Virus record (IMG/VR): IMGVR_UViG_3300037277_000110
Coordinates: 9,800 to 73,799 of that record
DNA length: 64,000 bases
From: a virus
Reading direction: 5' to 3' (one strand)
A program made the translations under genes and the position numbers. Shown here in pieces: positions 8,701-19,132 of this stretch. The notes below the pieces were generated by a model, which saw only the letters and a program-made list of their open reading frames with translations, was not told where the DNA came from and did not search any database. Numbering within the stretch: the first letter of the stretch is position 1; every line of letters starts with the position of its first letter.

Positions 8701-11032
8701 TCTTATCAATTATATAACCATTTTCGGTTTTAGTTATACCGGCCATTTCTCCTTTTTTGACATTTTCAAAAGCAGCTTTAGCCAAAGCCTCTTCCTTGGA
8801 ACTAGCTTTTATTTCTTTAACCGGTATATCCTCCATGCCAGCTTCTTTAGCTGCATTGAATTTATTATGCCCTTCAACAATGTTTTTTTCTCCTGTTTCA
8901 GGATCTTTCCAGATAGTTACCGGATTTTCTTCAGTCGGTAAATCAGCTTTTACACCTTCAGTTTTACCAGTTTCCATATCTGATTCTGGCTTATATTGGA
9001 AAGATTCAGGATCGGTTACTAAATTGGTAACCTTTTCAGTTTCACCAGGGATATACTCGTCAATTTCATTTTCAGATTTAGCTTTTTTAGGGACTTTTAA
9101 TACATCCTTCAATTCTTTCTTAGCCTGTTCCTTTTCAGATTTATACACATCCTGATCCATCGGATCATCAATACCTTTTATCGTTTCATCAAAGAATTTT
9201 TGTTTTACTGCCTGGCGATCCTTAATAAGTGGAATAAGTTCTTTGTCAATTTCAGCTTTACGAGCTTTACCTTCAACCGGATCTAAACCATCACGTTCTT
9301 TCATTAATGATTTTAACTGTTCATCTTCCGGGAATGCTTTTTTAGGTTCCAATGTATTAAGTTCATTCTGAAGCTTTCCTATTTGTTCGATGTTTGGATT
9401 TTCTTTAGCTAGTTCTCCGTTTATCTCATTATTGAGTAATGAAATCTTTTCTTTTTCTACCCGTGGCTCAGTGATAAATTCTATTTTCTGCTTTATATCT
9501 TCAATTCGGTTTTTATTTACAGTCTGGAAAGATTCATCCAGACCTTCATTTTGTTTGGTCAAGTAATCTTTTTCAAGTACCATTCCGGTCGCGCGAGCTA
9601 TGTCATCAAAAGGAATGTTTTTAGGAACTTTCCCAATAGCTACATCTAAAGTTTGTTTGGCATTTTGAATGTCACCATAAATAGAAGTAGCCTTATCCAT
9701 AAGAGCCCATGTGATCCCAGCCTCATTTACCCCTTCCATTATATCTTTATTAGGGTTAGTCGTAGCTTGTTCGACTAAGTTATTAGATAGTTGAGTACTA
9801 GCTCCTATTGCGTATCCCTTTAACGCTGGTGAAGTAGCTTTAGCTAATGTTTCAGCACTATTTGTAAATAACGTCCCGTATGATTTTTCAAGTAATGATT
9901 TGGCCTGTTGTTCACCTTGTTCGGTAATTAATTTTTTGGCATTATTGATAATCTGATTACCTCCAATAGATCCAAGTGCGACAAAGTTTAAAGCTGACAT
10001 AATCCCAGAGTAAACTTTTGCAGCTTGGGAAGCATCGGAGTCTTTTATATCTTCCATTTTTTTAATACCCTCACCAAGGGCTAATCCCTGAATAACTTGA
10101 GTCCCTACACCAGCTTCGTTACCTACTGCCATAGAAATAAGAAGTGGAACTTGTTCGATAATATTTAAAGCAGCCTTACCACTTGCTGCCCCATAATTAC
10201 CTTCTTTTAAGCTTACATCTATGTCATCCTGAAAGTATTTAGCTTTTTGGGCGTATATCTGTTGTCCTTGCTGGTAATAATCACCTAATCCTAATTTATT
10301 GGAGTAAGGGATAACAGATTCAATAACCCTTGAAAGGTCAGCTCCAACTCCGGCAGCTCCGGCAGTTAAAGCATAATAAGCAGACTTTAAAAATGATTTA
10401 TCCTTTAATCCTTCTTCATTCTGAACTTCCTGAATGGCATCATCTAAATGTTTACCATATTTTTCAAGATCATTTTTAGGAACTACATACCTATCGCCTT
10501 GTTTAATAAGTCCATATTTGTTTGCTGATTCATCAAGTTCTTTCTGGTAATTTTCTGATAAAGCTTTTAAATCCTGATGAGGATTAGCTTTTATTAGTTC
10601 AGTATACTTACTATCTAGTAAGTTTTTCTGAGAATTTATATTATTGATTTTTTCATCGGGGGTTGGATAATTCTTAAACGTACCTGTAGCTCCCCATTTT
10701 TCTTTTGCCTTAGCAACAGCTTTTTGAGTAAATAATTCCTGTGCAGTAGGAGGTTTTGGTTTTGGAGCTTCCGGCGGAGCCTGTTGAATTTTACTATCAA
10801 AAGGCATAGGAGTTTCAGTCTGCCATCCGCTTTGGTCGTTTGTTTGTTGCCCGCTTGTCCCTACTGGTTGTGATTCTGATTGTGATGGTAAAGTTTGTTG
10901 ACTTTCGTTCCCACTTAATTGAGATCCATCTGAATTTAAACCATTTGAATCCGAAGAGTCTTTTTTTTTTACTTTAAACTCAGAAAATTCGTCTTCGTCC
11001 TTAACCTTAAATTGTGAAAATTCGTCTGGCAT
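5768..11032 (-). CDS. Large virion cargo/ejection protein with an internal ParB-like domain
   Basis: 1754 aa; repeated N-terminal DEFSxFKVK, Gly/Ala-rich amphipathic region, coiled coils; PVTIWKD...IVEGHNKFNAAKEAGMEDIPV motif; lies after the muzzle and smaller cargo genes. Confidence 0.65.
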   Translation of the reverse strand: MPDEFSQFKVKDEDEFSEFKVKKKDSSDSNGLNSDGSQLSGNESQQTLPSQSESQPVGTSGQQTNDQSGWQTETPMPFDSKIQQAPPEAPKPKPPTAQELFTQKAVAKAKEKWGATGTFKNYPTPDEKINNINSQKNLLDSKYTELIKANPHQDLKALSENYQKELDESANKYGLIKQGDRYVVPKNDLEKYGKHLDDAIQEVQNEEGLKDKSFLKSAYYALTAGAAGVGADLSRVIESVIPYSNKLGLGDYYQQGQQIYAQKAKYFQDDIDVSLKEGNYGAASGKAALNIIEQVPLLISMAVGNEAGVGTQVIQGLALGEGIKKMEDIKDSDASQAAKVYSGIMSALNFVALGSIGGNQIINNAKKLITEQGEQQAKSLLEKSYGTLFTNSAETLAKATSPALKGYAIGASTQLSNNLVEQATTNPNKDIMEGVNEAGITWALMDKATSIYGDIQNAKQTLDVAIGKVPKNIPFDDIARATGMVLEKDYLTKQNEGLDESFQTVNKNRIEDIKQKIEFITEPRVEKEKISLLNNEINGELAKENPNIEQIGKLQNELNTLEPKKAFPEDEQLKSLMKERDGLDPVEGKARKAEIDKELIPLIKDRQAVKQKFFDETIKGIDDPMDQDVYKSEKEQAKKELKDVLKVPKKAKSENEIDEYIPGETEKVTNLVTDPESFQYKPESDMETGKTEGVKADLPTEENPVTIWKDPETGEKNIVEGHNKFNAAKEAGMEDIPVKEIKASSKEEALAKAAFENVKKGEMAGITKTENGYIIDKTGTEFDKEGNLTKPSDEQTTSLKRAVADNEVNKRQGTEALDKMKDALQDTDTKKAFEDVKVKVDKGEIDPDKVTDRIIKENTGSLEDEAALLYHRGKLKNEEVKLLKQKGELTDEKAKNKNADELMALYDKMAKNDLAAAKIGREASNIFNLRKAYVDSEMSIFNMEQQFMSGRGLKELTPEQKLEVKETYQKLKEAQIKIKDLEDQVKKEVDQKKLLQDLLAKSKEQKKADRALKTDTAIANSNERIVNYKSRLKELAGLRKEQASAGLPLNIDLEIAGEIGKIAAEKVYQGIVKLDEVVRNVLDEVKDIYPNWTVKDVEKYLGKYNIEQEKKVVPEERKLISQLKRSAKLKAKIEAKDYTTPERAEYKPNKALEDAKAEYQNLKNKWETERYRDMMSKRPGWEKFLDKFLKIRTGIFLLSGIKTLGKLANYTVLELAWSNPKDVLMTGIAKLLFPKLAKKSMTEGQFNLKSLKLDAKTLLEPQVYKDAVSYLTSDPHTHELYGVAKRGKEDMAEFNLNFGKLHGAEKYPLWRSTFNKYAQRLTDYYNKEGRDVSDPGIQKIIEAQAAEKADQRIMMNKNKLSTLLKVTQAWMRPNLKAGYYISKFLFPIVGVPTNYTIKTARSWGGLLEFAWRIRGGFEKMSPEDADKALVAFKNGLPGAALGIMALSTNWVSVDEKKKFKIGGWEIPKWLTHHPDLLVLKLYAEAKNEFGKVPKWIKDPDEQETWKRTHNFIPSAESILLNTIHETPFLDNRTMDMISNPQKLNQFLENFGTSILTPQISRDIAGFMDKEEKRKPETFAEQLKMGFPWLREQVPTPDQRDVEKRVKQFQMKHDPSGITGKGMFDKPTLEGYTEVVHKLDKVNTDANKKMSEMSYKDFKQYLKDNNLKDDLSYYKRNNSEISNLQKAITELKEIKKEKEKEKLAKYISKDMKRLSESYIKNEDFELSDEVKQIYKKYLESHDELDEEKKEISEED

Positions 11033-12669
11033 TATTTTATTTTTTTAGCTTTTGGATATTTCTTTAAAAATTTATCTCTCATCTCTTTTTGTTCTGGGGG
11101 AAATTGATACTTTTCTCCGTTTACAATATAAGTTTCAAGACTTGTTGTTTTGGTTTCTTTAGTAGCTTCTTCCTTATAATCTGGATCTTGTTCCCCTTGA
11201 TCTATAGTTAATGGAATATCGTCAATATTAACAGCATCACCATTACTTGTTTTTATATCATGAACATTATTAGGAAATTTAGTCTTTAAAAGTCCTTTAG
11301 TTTCGTCATTAATAAGAAACTTTTTACCTGACTTTGTTTCTCCTGTTGCTCGTAATTGATAACCCTTTCTAACCTTACCGCCTTTTTCTAAATAAAATTT
11401 ATTAGATTCTCCATCTTCCGATCTATGAGGAATCATACCTTTACTATTATAAGGATAATATTTAATTAATAAATTAGATACATCAGTTGTAGATCCGGGA
11501 GATGTTTTTTTAATTTTACCAGTATTCTTATCAACTTCTTGACTTAAATGTAATGATCCTACCATCCCAGAAGCAAAAGAATATACTGTGCCTTCCGATT
11601 TTACATATCCTTTTTTATCTTCTCCCCCATAAGTCTTATTCCAATAAGCATTTTTATCAACAGGCTTACCGTTTTTATCTAAAACAGGCTTACCGTTTTT
11701 ATCTAATTCAGGTTCAAATGGCTTAGTAGGATATTCCCCTAAATTAATAGGTATTTCGTCTTCGGCACTTGAAGGGGTTCCTTGTATTTTATTTACTCTG
11801 TCTTTATTAAAAATCCATGCAGGAGGTGTTGGTTTAGTCTCATTACTTACCATGTTTTTTTGGTAATATTCATTATATTTATCCCAAACAAAATCTTTAA
11901 TAGCTTTACCTTGATCTTTTTCAGGATATTTGTCTAAGTATTTTTTCTTTTCATCATACGGTAATTTACCAAATTGATCAACAACTGTTGCATTTAACCT
12001 TATATCTTCATGTATAAGATATGTCATTTGGGCTTTTCTCTCTTCTTCAGTAGCCACACGTGTTATTTTATCAGTTGTGGTTTTCCCATTTTTATCTACA
12101 CTATTAGCCCACTCTTGTTTTTTCCCAGTTAAATCCTTACCAGCCTTTACAAAATACCCTTCTAGGCTATCATATTTTTTTGGCATTAATAAGTCTTCCG
12201 GAAGTTCTCCTGATTTATAAAAATCATGAGTTTTATTCCAGAATTCTACATCATCATAATCTCCCTTTAATTTATCTTTTCGGATTACACTATAAGCTTG
12301 TTTCCACTGTTCTTCATTGGACTTTATTTTATTCTGCCAAGAAACTAATGCGTTTCTGGCTTGTTGCATTTTTATTTTTGATTGGAGTCCGGGTTTATAG
12401 TTAGAGTCTCTATATTCCTTTCCAGCTAATTCTACAAATTGTTGAGTTTTATCACCTTGCATCTTCTGAAGTTCATTACTGATCATTTCTTCAGGTGGAA
12501 CATTTGTTAAATCTAAATATTCTTTTTCACGCTTTTGACGTTGAGCTTCATTATACCTCTGTTGTTCAAGATTAGAGTCATGAAATCTATTCTGCGAAGC
12601 AATGACAGACTGACCTAATTCACTCCAATCCTCCGCTGGACGTACTCCTTTAAAAACCGAAACTGGCAT
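11032..12669 (-). CDS. Virion cargo/ejection protein
   Basis: 545 aa; position between the pilot-like and large cargo genes; hydrophilic and helical. Confidence 0.55.
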   Translation of the reverse strand: MPVSVFKGVRPAEDWSELGQSVIASQNRFHDSNLEQQRYNEAQRQKREKEYLDLTNVPPEEMISNELQKMQGDKTQQFVELAGKEYRDSNYKPGLQSKIKMQQARNALVSWQNKIKSNEEQWKQAYSVIRKDKLKGDYDDVEFWNKTHDFYKSGELPEDLLMPKKYDSLEGYFVKAGKDLTGKKQEWANSVDKNGKTTTDKITRVATEEERKAQMTYLIHEDIRLNATVVDQFGKLPYDEKKKYLDKYPEKDQGKAIKDFVWDKYNEYYQKNMVSNETKPTPPAWIFNKDRVNKIQGTPSSAEDEIPINLGEYPTKPFEPELDKNGKPVLDKNGKPVDKNAYWNKTYGGEDKKGYVKSEGTVYSFASGMVGSLHLSQEVDKNTGKIKKTSPGSTTDVSNLLIKYYPYNSKGMIPHRSEDGESNKFYLEKGGKVRKGYQLRATGETKSGKKFLINDETKGLLKTKFPNNVHDIKTSNGDAVNIDDIPLTIDQGEQDPDYKEEATKETKTTSLETYIVNGEKYQFPPEQKEMRDKFLKKYPKAKKIK

Positions 12670-13388
12670 TAACCTGTAGTTTTATATGATGAATTATCAT
12701 TAGCATTATAATCAACCCCTTGTCCACTATTTAAGGCAGCACTGGTATCACTTTGTATCTGACCAGTATTAATACCGGAATTATTACCACCATTATTCCC
12801 ATTACCATACCAAGAAGAGAAATTCATATTACCTGCTCCATTAGCAGCTACAGCTCCCCCTTGTTGCATTAAACTTCTATTAGAACTCCATTCATTTATT
12901 TTACTCTGCATTTGTCTCTGCCAAGGAGCATTCTTATTGTATTCAAATTCCATGTCAGAATATTTAGCTGATTCATTCAATGCTTGAGATAATCTATCTT
13001 GATTGGCTTGGTAATATTGTTGTTGCTGAACCGCCAGATTGTTATAAGCGTTCATTTCACTTTTATATAGATCATTAGCAGCCCCCAATGAAGATGTTGG
13101 ATTATCCGACATATTTTGGATATTTCTTAACCCGGACTGACCAGCTTGCTGTATATTTTGTTCCATTTGACCCTGTCCCGGAAGCTGTCTACTGCCAGCA
13201 TTATTTTTAGCCAACTCCAACATTTGCTTTACTTCTTCAGGTCGGGTATAGACAGGCATATTCTTTTCAAGAGCCGAAATCTCTTTCTTATTTTTGTTGG
13301 CATGAATAGCCCCGTAGATGCTTCCAACCATCCCTACCCCACTCTGGATGAGTCCGCCCCACATCCCACTACCACCCATATCAGCCAT
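12669..13388 (-). CDS. DNA pilot/ejection-type cargo protein
   Basis: Gly-rich hydrophobic N-terminus followed by a Gln-rich coiled coil; directly after the muzzle gene. Confidence 0.6.
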   Translation of the reverse strand: MADMGGSGMWGGLIQSGVGMVGSIYGAIHANKNKKEISALEKNMPVYTRPEEVKQMLELAKNNAGSRQLPGQGQMEQNIQQAGQSGLRNIQNMSDNPTSSLGAANDLYKSEMNAYNNLAVQQQQYYQANQDRLSQALNESAKYSDMEFEYNKNAPWQRQMQSKINEWSSNRSLMQQGGAVAANGAGNMNFSSWYGNGNNGGNNSGINTGQIQSDTSAALNSGQGVDYNANDNSSYKTTG

Positions 13389-13443
13389 AATATTTAATAT
13401 TTAAATGTTACAACAAAATTAATGTTTTTTAGCATATATATTT

Positions 13444-16400
13444 TTAATAATTATTAGACACATCAAAACCTATTTGAACCCCAAGTAACCACGTTTCTTC
13501 ATCTTCTGAGTTTAATAGTTCGTGCTTAATATAAAATCCACGAAGTTCATCCCCATTTATTAAGTCAAGGTTTGATGGAGTTGATGAATGGGTAAACATG
13601 TTTTTTAGATACTCGGAGAACATATCACCTTCTTTTAACTTGAATCTACCGGCAGGTATTTTACTTAAAAACCCTCTAGGGTATGACTCATCAGCTTCAA
13701 TAGTTATGGTTGGTATCGACCAACGTTTATTAGTTTTAAGTCCAATATTTCGGAATAGCTTTTTAACAGCACCAGCTTTATTGAAAATAATGTTAATTCG
13801 TTGATCGTATTTTACATCATAGAAGTGACATCTTGATACACTGGTCGAATTGTGCTTCCAAATAGAATTATCCCCAATAAATGAAGAAAAGAAATTTCCC
13901 ATAGAAATATAATTTTGAGGAATAAACGAAAAAAAGCTAATCCAACGTGGACGTTCGCCTTCTAATTTAGGTTCTATAAATCCCAATGTTACTGGGGAGG
14001 CCCCGCCAATAAAACTGATCAGATACATATTGTTTTGCTGATCGTAACCTGCAATAACATCGGTATAATCGGTCATAGTTTTAAAGAAAGTCTTCATCAT
14101 GTATTCAGAAATAGGCTCCTGTCCATTAGGAGCTGACCGGATAACTTCTTTTCTTAATCCATCCCAATAGTACATATTCCGATCGTGGATAACAACTGAG
14201 TGAGAATTAGTTGTCCCTCGTAATTCATCTGCCCTATTTTGATTACCAAGAACTAAATTAGGATTAGCCATTAATAGTTTCTGTCCTCCGGCTGTATTTA
14301 CCTCTTCCTTGCCTACATAAATTGAAGTTTCTTTTTTATCTTGGATAACTTTTAAAACATCTCCAACTTCCCGAATAGAATTTATAGCTCCAAATTCAGA
14401 TTTTAAATTAGTAAAGTTATTTAAGAATTGATTTAAATTATTAGTTCTGGTATTTTCAATTAGAAGCTCACTATATCGCATAGCTGATTGATAGTTGGCT
14501 CTTTTGGCATTTATATCATAAAAATTAGGCCGACCAGTGCCATGAAAATTAGATGTATAATAGTCAGAATAGTTATCATCGGTACATGGATATACATATT
14601 TACAATCTCTTAATTTTAAATAAGTGTCTCCGGGATTACAATTTACAATTGCTGGAATACCAGATAAGTTATTTGGATTTTGATTTTGGATAAGCCCTGT
14701 ATGATATCGATTCGATAAACCCGGATTTCCAATTGGAAGAATAACAGATGGAAAATAAAATTGTTTTTCGATTACTTTTTTTGGCTTATATATTTCGAAT
14801 AAAAATGCTGGATTACTAAGTGAAGTCCAATTATATATCATATCATAAGTAATCGGAACTACAATGTAAGACGAAGCATCATCATTAATTTTATTATTTG
14901 ATGCATCAGTTAAATAAGCGGGCGTAGTAGCATTATCTTTTGCATATTGTAAATCACTAGATGGCCATTCCATAGCCTTTATTTCAACATCTATACTTGG
15001 TACGCCAAAATCAAAATCAGCAACTAGAGTTAACGGACTTGGATTCCCTGTTGAACCAAATGACCCGGTAGCTTGAAAACATAATCTATCTCCAATTTCA
15101 AATGTATAAGTACCTATATTTGAGAAGGAGTTAACGTCATGAGCATAATTAATTATATTATTTATTCTTAATCTAAGATAGCCATCCGTACCAAAAAAGA
15201 AGTCTTTAAACAAGACTCCTACTATATGCCAATAGGCCCCTCTGTTTATTCTTTGAGTAAAGTCTATTGAATAATAATATGCCCAATCAGGAGGTTGATT
15301 TTTAACCGATACATTAACAGTAGCATATTGAGGACCAAAACCTGGATCAGAAAATGAAAAAGGCTTAAAAACATTATTACTAACTGTTATTGGTAAGCTA
15401 AACTTATTTTCTGAGCCATATTGAAAGTTTTTATTATAATATTTTATTGATCCTAAATAAGTGTCTAAATGTTTCATTGTTTTGTATACCAACTTTGGAG
15501 CATACGTAAACATTAGGATGTTGGCCATTGGTATATCAGTTCCATTACTTGGAAATTGTATCCATAAATTGCCAGAACGACTAACTACGGTAGATGAAAT
15601 CCCTTTCATTGACATCTTATTAGCCAAATTATTTAAAATTGTCGTTGCGGTATCTGTAGATTTAGCTAAGTATCTTACATCTACATAAGATACTGTTCCT
15701 AATTGAAAAGTAAAAGTTCCAGTAGTCAAAGTTATATCAAGAACTATGATATAACTACTTCCTGTAATATATTTATTCCTTATTACTCCGACCCCATTAG
15801 CCGAATAAATAGAACTACCTATTGGTAAACTATTATAAATAGCAGCAGTTACGGATATTTCATGATTATTAGCAGTTCCTGTAAATGAAGTTGTTTTTAC
15901 AACCTTCATTAATTGTATTCCATACAACATATTTGGAAGATAACTACCAAATCTTATATAAATAACTGTTATAGGAGAAACTCCAAGGGGACCTATATAG
16001 TAAGTATTTAAATTAATATCCTGCAAAGGAACGGTAGTATATACTACCTCTGTATTTACATCAACAGCCACTGGATCAAACCCTTCAGTTATATTACCAT
16101 AGATTATCCTGTTTTTTTCTATTAATTCTTGATGTTTTGCTAATTGGGGTATAAAATCATAAGGACGAGATAGATCCGTTTGATCTGCTTGAATTCTTAA
16201 ATTTTTATCATCAAAAGTATAGGTAAAGCTTCCTGTTGGATTTAATACTGTGTCATATAACATCCAATTGGTAGTTTCGTTATCTCTAACATAAACCTCT
16301 ACAGAAGTAATATCATTATTAATTATGTCAATAGGAGCATATAATTGATAACTTACAATTCCTAAATCTCTTATAAATTCTCCATCAGGAAAGTTATAAT

Positions 16401-17064
16401 TGTCTGTAAAATAAATAGTTGTAAAATCAGAAAGAACACTTTTTTCTCCATCCACAAAAATATTACGATAAGCCCATTGATAAGATTTACCTCTTAATGC
16501 TTCTATTCCAGAAGAAGCAGCAACAGCAGTTACTTGAAATGGATATCCTGGCCTTTTATAAGCATCAGTTACACGTATATTCATATAAGTATAAGTATAA
16601 CTTGTACTTATGCCATTTGTGTAATTATAAGCCCTGATGTAATTTATTTTTTTGGGTTCAACAAAATTATCGGTCCAATACAATAAGTCTCCTACTACTT
16701 TAGGGTTATATATTGGATGGTTTGCATCAAAAGATAAGTTAATCCCAGATAGGATAATTCCTGAGTTCCCTGTAAATGGTTCATAATACTGGATGCTTTT
16801 TTGAATACTATCGTGCTGATCATCAATAAAAAACATGATTATTCTATTTCGAGCATTATCGGCGCATGAACCTAACATCGTTATAATCCCAATGTGTCCT
16901 TGAATAGTATATACTGATTCATTGCCAAGGCAATTAACAGATACCTTTCCACGGGAATCTAATGTAACCATAGTATTTAAGATAAAGTCCGACCCTTGCG
17001 TTGATTTAGGATCAGAATCAGTATCTAAAAAAAGATCACCTGTAGGTTGAAACTCTTTGTTCAT
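13444..17064 (-). CDS. Tail stabilization/muzzle protein (P22 gp10-like, crAss-like muzzle)
   Basis: 1206 aa; LYWTDNF.EPKKIN, AKHQELIE.NRIIYGN..EG, YYWDG.R, PISEY.M motifs; follows the ring genes. Confidence 0.75.
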   Translation of the reverse strand: MNKEFQPTGDLFLDTDSDPKSTQGSDFILNTMVTLDSRGKVSVNCLGNESVYTIQGHIGIITMLGSCADNARNRIIMFFIDDQHDSIQKSIQYYEPFTGNSGIILSGINLSFDANHPIYNPKVVGDLLYWTDNFVEPKKINYIRAYNYTNGISTSYTYTYMNIRVTDAYKRPGYPFQVTAVAASSGIEALRGKSYQWAYRNIFVDGEKSVLSDFTTIYFTDNYNFPDGEFIRDLGIVSYQLYAPIDIINNDITSVEVYVRDNETTNWMLYDTVLNPTGSFTYTFDDKNLRIQADQTDLSRPYDFIPQLAKHQELIEKNRIIYGNITEGFDPVAVDVNTEVVYTTVPLQDINLNTYYIGPLGVSPITVIYIRFGSYLPNMLYGIQLMKVVKTTSFTGTANNHEISVTAAIYNSLPIGSSIYSANGVGVIRNKYITGSSYIIVLDITLTTGTFTFQLGTVSYVDVRYLAKSTDTATTILNNLANKMSMKGISSTVVSRSGNLWIQFPSNGTDIPMANILMFTYAPKLVYKTMKHLDTYLGSIKYYNKNFQYGSENKFSLPITVSNNVFKPFSFSDPGFGPQYATVNVSVKNQPPDWAYYYSIDFTQRINRGAYWHIVGVLFKDFFFGTDGYLRLRINNIINYAHDVNSFSNIGTYTFEIGDRLCFQATGSFGSTGNPSPLTLVADFDFGVPSIDVEIKAMEWPSSDLQYAKDNATTPAYLTDASNNKINDDASSYIVVPITYDMIYNWTSLSNPAFLFEIYKPKKVIEKQFYFPSVILPIGNPGLSNRYHTGLIQNQNPNNLSGIPAIVNCNPGDTYLKLRDCKYVYPCTDDNYSDYYTSNFHGTGRPNFYDINAKRANYQSAMRYSELLIENTRTNNLNQFLNNFTNLKSEFGAINSIREVGDVLKVIQDKKETSIYVGKEEVNTAGGQKLLMANPNLVLGNQNRADELRGTTNSHSVVIHDRNMYYWDGLRKEVIRSAPNGQEPISEYMMKTFFKTMTDYTDVIAGYDQQNNMYLISFIGGASPVTLGFIEPKLEGERPRWISFFSFIPQNYISMGNFFSSFIGDNSIWKHNSTSVSRCHFYDVKYDQRINIIFNKAGAVKKLFRNIGLKTNKRWSIPTITIEADESYPRGFLSKIPAGRFKLKEGDMFSEYLKNMFTHSSTPSNLDLINGDELRGFYIKHELLNSEDEETWLLGVQIGFDVSNNY

Positions 17065-17768
17065 CGTTGCACAGTTTGTGAAGATACTTTAAGTAATGCA
17101 TCATAAATTTCATCTAAAGTTGGATCTTCAAAGGCTCTTAATTTATTTGCTTCCTGTTCGTATAAGTCTTTAAAAAAGTCAGCATCATTTTTATTTACCG
17201 GTTGACGAAGATTCATCTTCCAACGAACGTACATAGAAGCACACTCTAAGAACTTTATTGGTATAAGCGTATCTTTATCTTCAACCCCAGAAGAAATGTA
17301 ACCTAAGATCACATTTTTAGCATTAATGCCATTAATAATAATTCTTCGATTATTTTGATCATCGGTATAGTATAGCTCATTCTTACCTCCTTTAGATCCA
17401 TATCCACAAGAATCACCTGTATTTTCCTTTACTCCTTCTCCGGCAGTTGAATCTAATGTTTCCTGACCATTAACTAAAGTTGTAGTTGGAATTATTTTGT
17501 TATCCCTGGTTAAGGTCCAAATTTGACCATTTTTAGGTATACCCAAAAAGTCCATGCCAATATAATCGTCAGGCCAAGAAATAGTATTCGTCTGAGTATC
17601 AACTTCAACTTTAACTATTTTATGTTTGTCAGTATGAAACATGTGAATATCCCTTACAGCCTTGATAACAAACTGATATATGTAAGGCCAATCTTCCTGA
17701 GTATATCCAGACTCAAAGATGATTGTCTTTACCATTGTTTTTAGGGTTTGTACACCTGAAGTATCCAT
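17061..17768 (-). CDS. Tail ring/tube protein
   Basis: 235 aa; WPDDY, LGYIS, LIP motifs; one of four tandem ring-sized genes. Confidence 0.65.
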   Translation of the reverse strand: MDTSGVQTLKTMVKTIIFESGYTQEDWPYIYQFVIKAVRDIHMFHTDKHKIVKVEVDTQTNTISWPDDYIGMDFLGIPKNGQIWTLTRDNKIIPTTTLVNGQETLDSTAGEGVKENTGDSCGYGSKGGKNELYYTDDQNNRRIIINGINAKNVILGYISSGVEDKDTLIPIKFLECASMYVRWKMNLRQPVNKNDADFFKDLYEQEANKLRAFEDPTLDEIYDALLKVSSQTVQR

Positions 17769-18379
17769 TATGCAATTTCATTTTCGTTATTTAATAAATC
17801 AGTCGGTTTAATATCCGACTTGAGATATTGAGTTACCATATCCACTAATTCAATATCATGCCCGGATGGAATCGGAAAATCTTCTGTCATTCCCCATTCT
17901 GTAAAGTCAACGACCAAATCCATTCTTACGCTGGTTATATTTGGATCAAAATTGTAATATTCAACAATACCAGCTTTACGTATGTATTTAATAACATCAT
18001 CGATAAGGTCCGATTCGATCCCAAACATCATTTCATTGTCATCACTTTTCATCGGGACAAACATTACATCCTTCCCCTTCATTTCATTGATGTTCATTAT
18101 ACCGTCTGAAACTCTTGGGAATTGAACGACTTTGGCCGGCAAGGTAGAGAAGTAAATATCAGTATCCGGATCTTTAGTCACAGCTACATTTTTATATGTT
18201 TTAGAATAAGTATCAAGATTAGACTGATGCACTTTAAATGCCGTGTAAAATATGGTATTTAAAACAGCAGCAATAGCAAGCTCTATACGTCTAGGTTCAG
18301 CATTACGTAATCTATCTACCGACATACTACCTCCGGATATTCGCCCCCTTATTAATTCTATGAGTTTAGATTTTTGCAT
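17768..18379 (-). CDS. Tail ring protein
   Basis: 203 aa; STLP, EDFPIP motifs; ring gene array. Confidence 0.6.
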   Translation of the reverse strand: MQKSKLIELIRGRISGGSMSVDRLRNAEPRRIELAIAAVLNTIFYTAFKVHQSNLDTYSKTYKNVAVTKDPDTDIYFSTLPAKVVQFPRVSDGIMNINEMKGKDVMFVPMKSDDNEMMFGIESDLIDDVIKYIRKAGIVEYYNFDPNITSVRMDLVVDFTEWGMTEDFPIPSGHDIELVDMVTQYLKSDIKPTDLLNNENEIA

Positions 18380-18382
18380 GGC

Positions 18383-19132
18383 TTATCCTTGTTCTTGTTT
18401 AGCTTGGTTAATATATTGTTCTACCATTCCGTCTTTAAGATTAATTCCAACACGCGATAAAACTTCATTGCAAAATGCCACATGATATAGACTATCCCAA
18501 TCAAGTTCTACAGTAGTAGATGTAACTAATCCTGAAGTTTGACCGGCTGATCCAATTTCTCCTGATCCCAAAGTATGGCTTGCTCCAACTACTAAATAAA
18601 TTTCATTGGCATTTGCGTCTATATAATAATCATAGATTGGAGTTGCTGGAATCCGGTAAAAAGTAAAATTTATCTGGCTTATATTATTTGGAAGAATATC
18701 AATTTTAAATCCATCGAGTCTACACATAGGATATTCATCAATAGGTAATGCAAGTGAATTTGATTTCCGAATAGACCAATCACTGTCTGTCATTAAATCT
18801 ATTTTTCTGGTAATCCCATTGTAAATAGTTGTCATACTTGAGAAATAACCATAAATTGAAGTTAAATCACTTAAAGTTAATGTCCCTGGGACACCCAATG
18901 TTTGATCTTCAGATTTTATAAAATCCCGTAATTCAATAATACTACCTAAAGCTTCACTTAATGACACTTTATTTTGAATAGCAAATATCTGAGCTTTTTC
19001 AACCTTTTTATTAAACATATCAATACTTGCTGCTGGGAATATAACATTTACCTGTTCAGGTGTAAGTGTACCTCCTGAGTTCTCTTTTACACAGATGTAA
19101 TTTATGTAACTTCTTATTTGATCGAGTGTCAT
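18383..19132 (-). CDS. Tail ring protein (crAss gp73-like)
   Basis: 249 aa; FYRIP.TP, VELDW...YH motifs; paralogue of the next gene. Confidence 0.65.
   Translation of the reverse strand: MTLDQIRSYINYICVKENSGGTLTPEQVNVIFPAASIDMFNKKVEKAQIFAIQNKVSLSEALGSIIELRDFIKSEDQTLGVPGTLTLSDLTSIYGYFSSMTTIYNGITRKIDLMTDSDWSIRKSNSLALPIDEYPMCRLDGFKIDILPNNISQINFTFYRIPATPIYDYYIDANANEIYLVVGASHTLGSGEIGSAGQTSGLVTSTTVELDWDSLYHVAFCNEVLSRVGINLKDGMVEQYINQAKQEQG

Noticed and set aside
8757-9155. Antisense ORFs in the track (e.g. 8757-9155, 33113-33499, 33500-33688, 51349-51738, 54370-54717)
   Set aside because: They lie opposite well-supported genes and have Ser/Leu/Phe-rich shadow composition.
5768-11032. Virion RNA polymerase
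   Set aside because: No DxDxD-type catalytic motif seen, and the protein is mostly coiled coil; a remote fold match cannot be excluded without HMM or structure searches.
11653-11706. Tandem repeat encoding LDKNGKPV twice
   Set aside because: Short in-frame coding duplication, not a CRISPR array or regulatory repeat.
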